Origin: Leucoraja ocellata
Lineage: Eukaryota
DNA: 64,000 nucleotides
Assembly (NCBI GenBank): GCA_036785375.1
Contig: JAWMAR010001270.1
Span: 124,001 to 188,000 of the forward strand
Direction: 5' to 3'
Of the stretch, positions 62,101 to 64,000 are shown in pieces (the first letter of the stretch is position 1; every line of letters starts with the position of its first letter). The position numbers and the translations under genes are program-made. Under the pieces are notes generated by a model. The model saw only the letters and a program-made list of their open reading frames with translations, was not told the DNA's origin and did no database searches.

Positions 62101-63245
62101 AGTAATTTAAAAAATATCCAGAGAATTACTGTGTATATTTGGAATATTATGTCCTCCCATTGAACGGCACAAGGTCTCTAAGTGAGGCGCATCAAACATT
62201 TAAATTACACGAAAATTACTTAACCATTTGGTCTACAACAGGTTTCTGCTCGTGCAATTTAATGTGTGTTCTGAAGCCAAAATCATTGATTTGTGCAGAG
62301 GAATGTGAGTATAACCACGATACGGGGAAAACATAAATAGTTCAAACCGCCTCGCTCACAACGTTGGCTTCTTGCCTGTAGTCCAAACTTTAAGTAATCC
62401 TTCATTTCTACGATTTTTAAAACAATACATTGGAGGAAATTATAAGATTAACAGTTTGGTTTAAATCTCCCTGATTTATATTGGCCCATTCGATTAATTT
62501 ACAGCCCCTATTCTCCTGTGTTGTGTGGATGTCAACAGCATAAGTTGATTGCTCTACTGGGCATTATCGGAAGAAAAAACATAGATTTCATTCATACGTT
62601 AGCTGTCGCGGCTTGGCGCCAATCTTCTGCTGGACTCCCCATAGAATATTGCTGCAATGGTGTTTATGAAAATAGTAGAAATATTAGTTAACAAAAACCA
62701 GCATGGAGATTTGGTTTTGTAGGAATAGCAACCGGAGTTAGTGTTAAAAACGTCAGATGGAAACATAATCAATAGAAAGCTGCGGATGGCGATGGTGAGG
62801 GCTGAACAGGAAGAAACGAAAAGGGTGATTGTTGTTTGAATGCATATAATAGAAAGAGCGAAAGAGCACAACACAAATTGGGAAGGGGGGGGGGGAGATT
62901 CAAGGGAAGGTGGGTGTCTACGTTTGTGCATCTAAATATTCACATGCACTCCTTACCTTCTACGCGGAAACGATTTGTGACAATTAACTGAGTAGGCAGC
63001 TGATGCATATTTAATTCCGAGTAAAAATCTGGATGCTACGGGAGGAAGTTGTGAACATGATTCAGGAAGTATTGGAAGGCTTTGTTACAATGGGAATGGG
63101 CCGAACTATGACCTCTTCCACCGCACGAGCCACAGTCGTGGGATATATTACGTCACGGTCACGTTTCATATATTTACTCATAATTTCCTTTTCCGCAGAG
63201 CAAGTTTTGAGTAAACTAACAACGTTGGCAATTTATTCTTGTAAT

Positions 63246-63300
63246 ATGTCGGTGAAAGTTAGAGTTTGGTCCATGGCTCTTCTGGTCATACTAACGCAGG
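63246..63300 (+). CDS. Gene A' leader exon
   Basis: Identical in sequence to 22279-22333. Confidence 0.85.
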
Positions 63301-63492
63301 GTATAGTTAAAATGTGTGCCATTTCTGGTCTAAGTATCATTTTACGAAATTCGGACCTGGTTTCGAGCTATTAGGTTCATCTATTAGGCCCTCGTGGGTT
63401 TATTGTTGTTTCGTGCTTTTCGACAGTTGGTTCCTGTTTTCTCTGTCCAGTGTTTACAACTGTTTCAATTGTTCTTGCTTTTTTCCCGACAG

Positions 63493-63798
63493 CTACCGAA
63501 GTCTATCCGACCAGAGTGTCCCAATTCCCTGTCAACTTGGACCTTGGCGGCGGTGAACACGCTATCATGTATTGCAAATTTCCAATATTGAAAGGCAATA
63601 TTGGCGTTAATTGGTGGAGGGACGGCATGAAGACATTCCTTGAACCGGACAGTAGAAAACAATTTATCATAGATTCTGGAAGCGGAACATTTACTCTCCG
63701 ACATGTGCGTGTAGCCGACTCCGGCCTGTATTACTGTCAAGTAAAGTTCCAGCAGCAGGTTATCGGAAATGGAAGTGGCAGCCGAATCACCGTATTTG
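63493..63798 (+). CDS. Gene A' V exon (gene continues beyond the window)
   Basis: Same splice sites as the gene A V exon, open frame, 14 amino-acid differences from A. Confidence 0.92.
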
Positions 63799-64000
63799 GT
63801 GAGTGTGTGTGTTAGGGAAATAAGCAATTTTCAGTTCTATGTCATTTGTAAAGTCTAGTCGCGAGGATAATATGAAAAATCGCCTGTTGATAAATATCCA
63901 GTAATAACAATTTTAAATTACAGGGACCAGTAATTCAAAATAAAACAAAGCACAATGGACATAACCAGCACGTCGAGTAGCACTTGTGGGACGCGTGGGT

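Larger units (their letters stand above)
41211..64000 (+). repeat. Copy 2 of the ~41-kb tandem segmental duplication (runs off the window end)
   Basis: Colinear with 1-23034, including TE insertions, TM exons and the gene A leader and V exons. Confidence 0.97.

Overview
Vertebrate genomic DNA. The repeat content (CR1, L2, Rex/Babar, tRNA-derived SINEs, Penelope-type tails, non-autonomous Helitrons, Harbinger MITEs) suggests a cartilaginous fish, probably a skate or ray; this is inference. The window holds a tandem cluster of immunoglobulin-superfamily receptor genes on the + strand, each built as leader / V domain with germline-joined J-like G strand / C1 domain / TM / cytoplasmic exons. Gene A (22279-30140) splices by hand through canonical GT-AG sites into an intact 314-aa receptor ending in an ITIM (LTYATV) and an ITSM (TVYADV). 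Gene B (37577-44168) has an intact L-V-C1 ectodomain followed by two tandem TM exons: one uncharged with a GxxxG motif, one with an Arg in the hydrophobic segment. Its terminal exon has lost all tyrosines. A third, orphan TM plus degenerate tail module follows. This cassette is tandemly duplicated with a period of about 41 kb (1-23034 vs 41211-64000), giving gene A' whose V domain differs from A at 14 of about 102 residues. The best reading is an inhibitory / non-inhibitory paired-receptor family of non-rearranging VJ-C1 receptors, broadly NKp30/SIRP/B7-H6-like. All exon models are hand-derived, with no transcript evidence, and orthology is unresolved.
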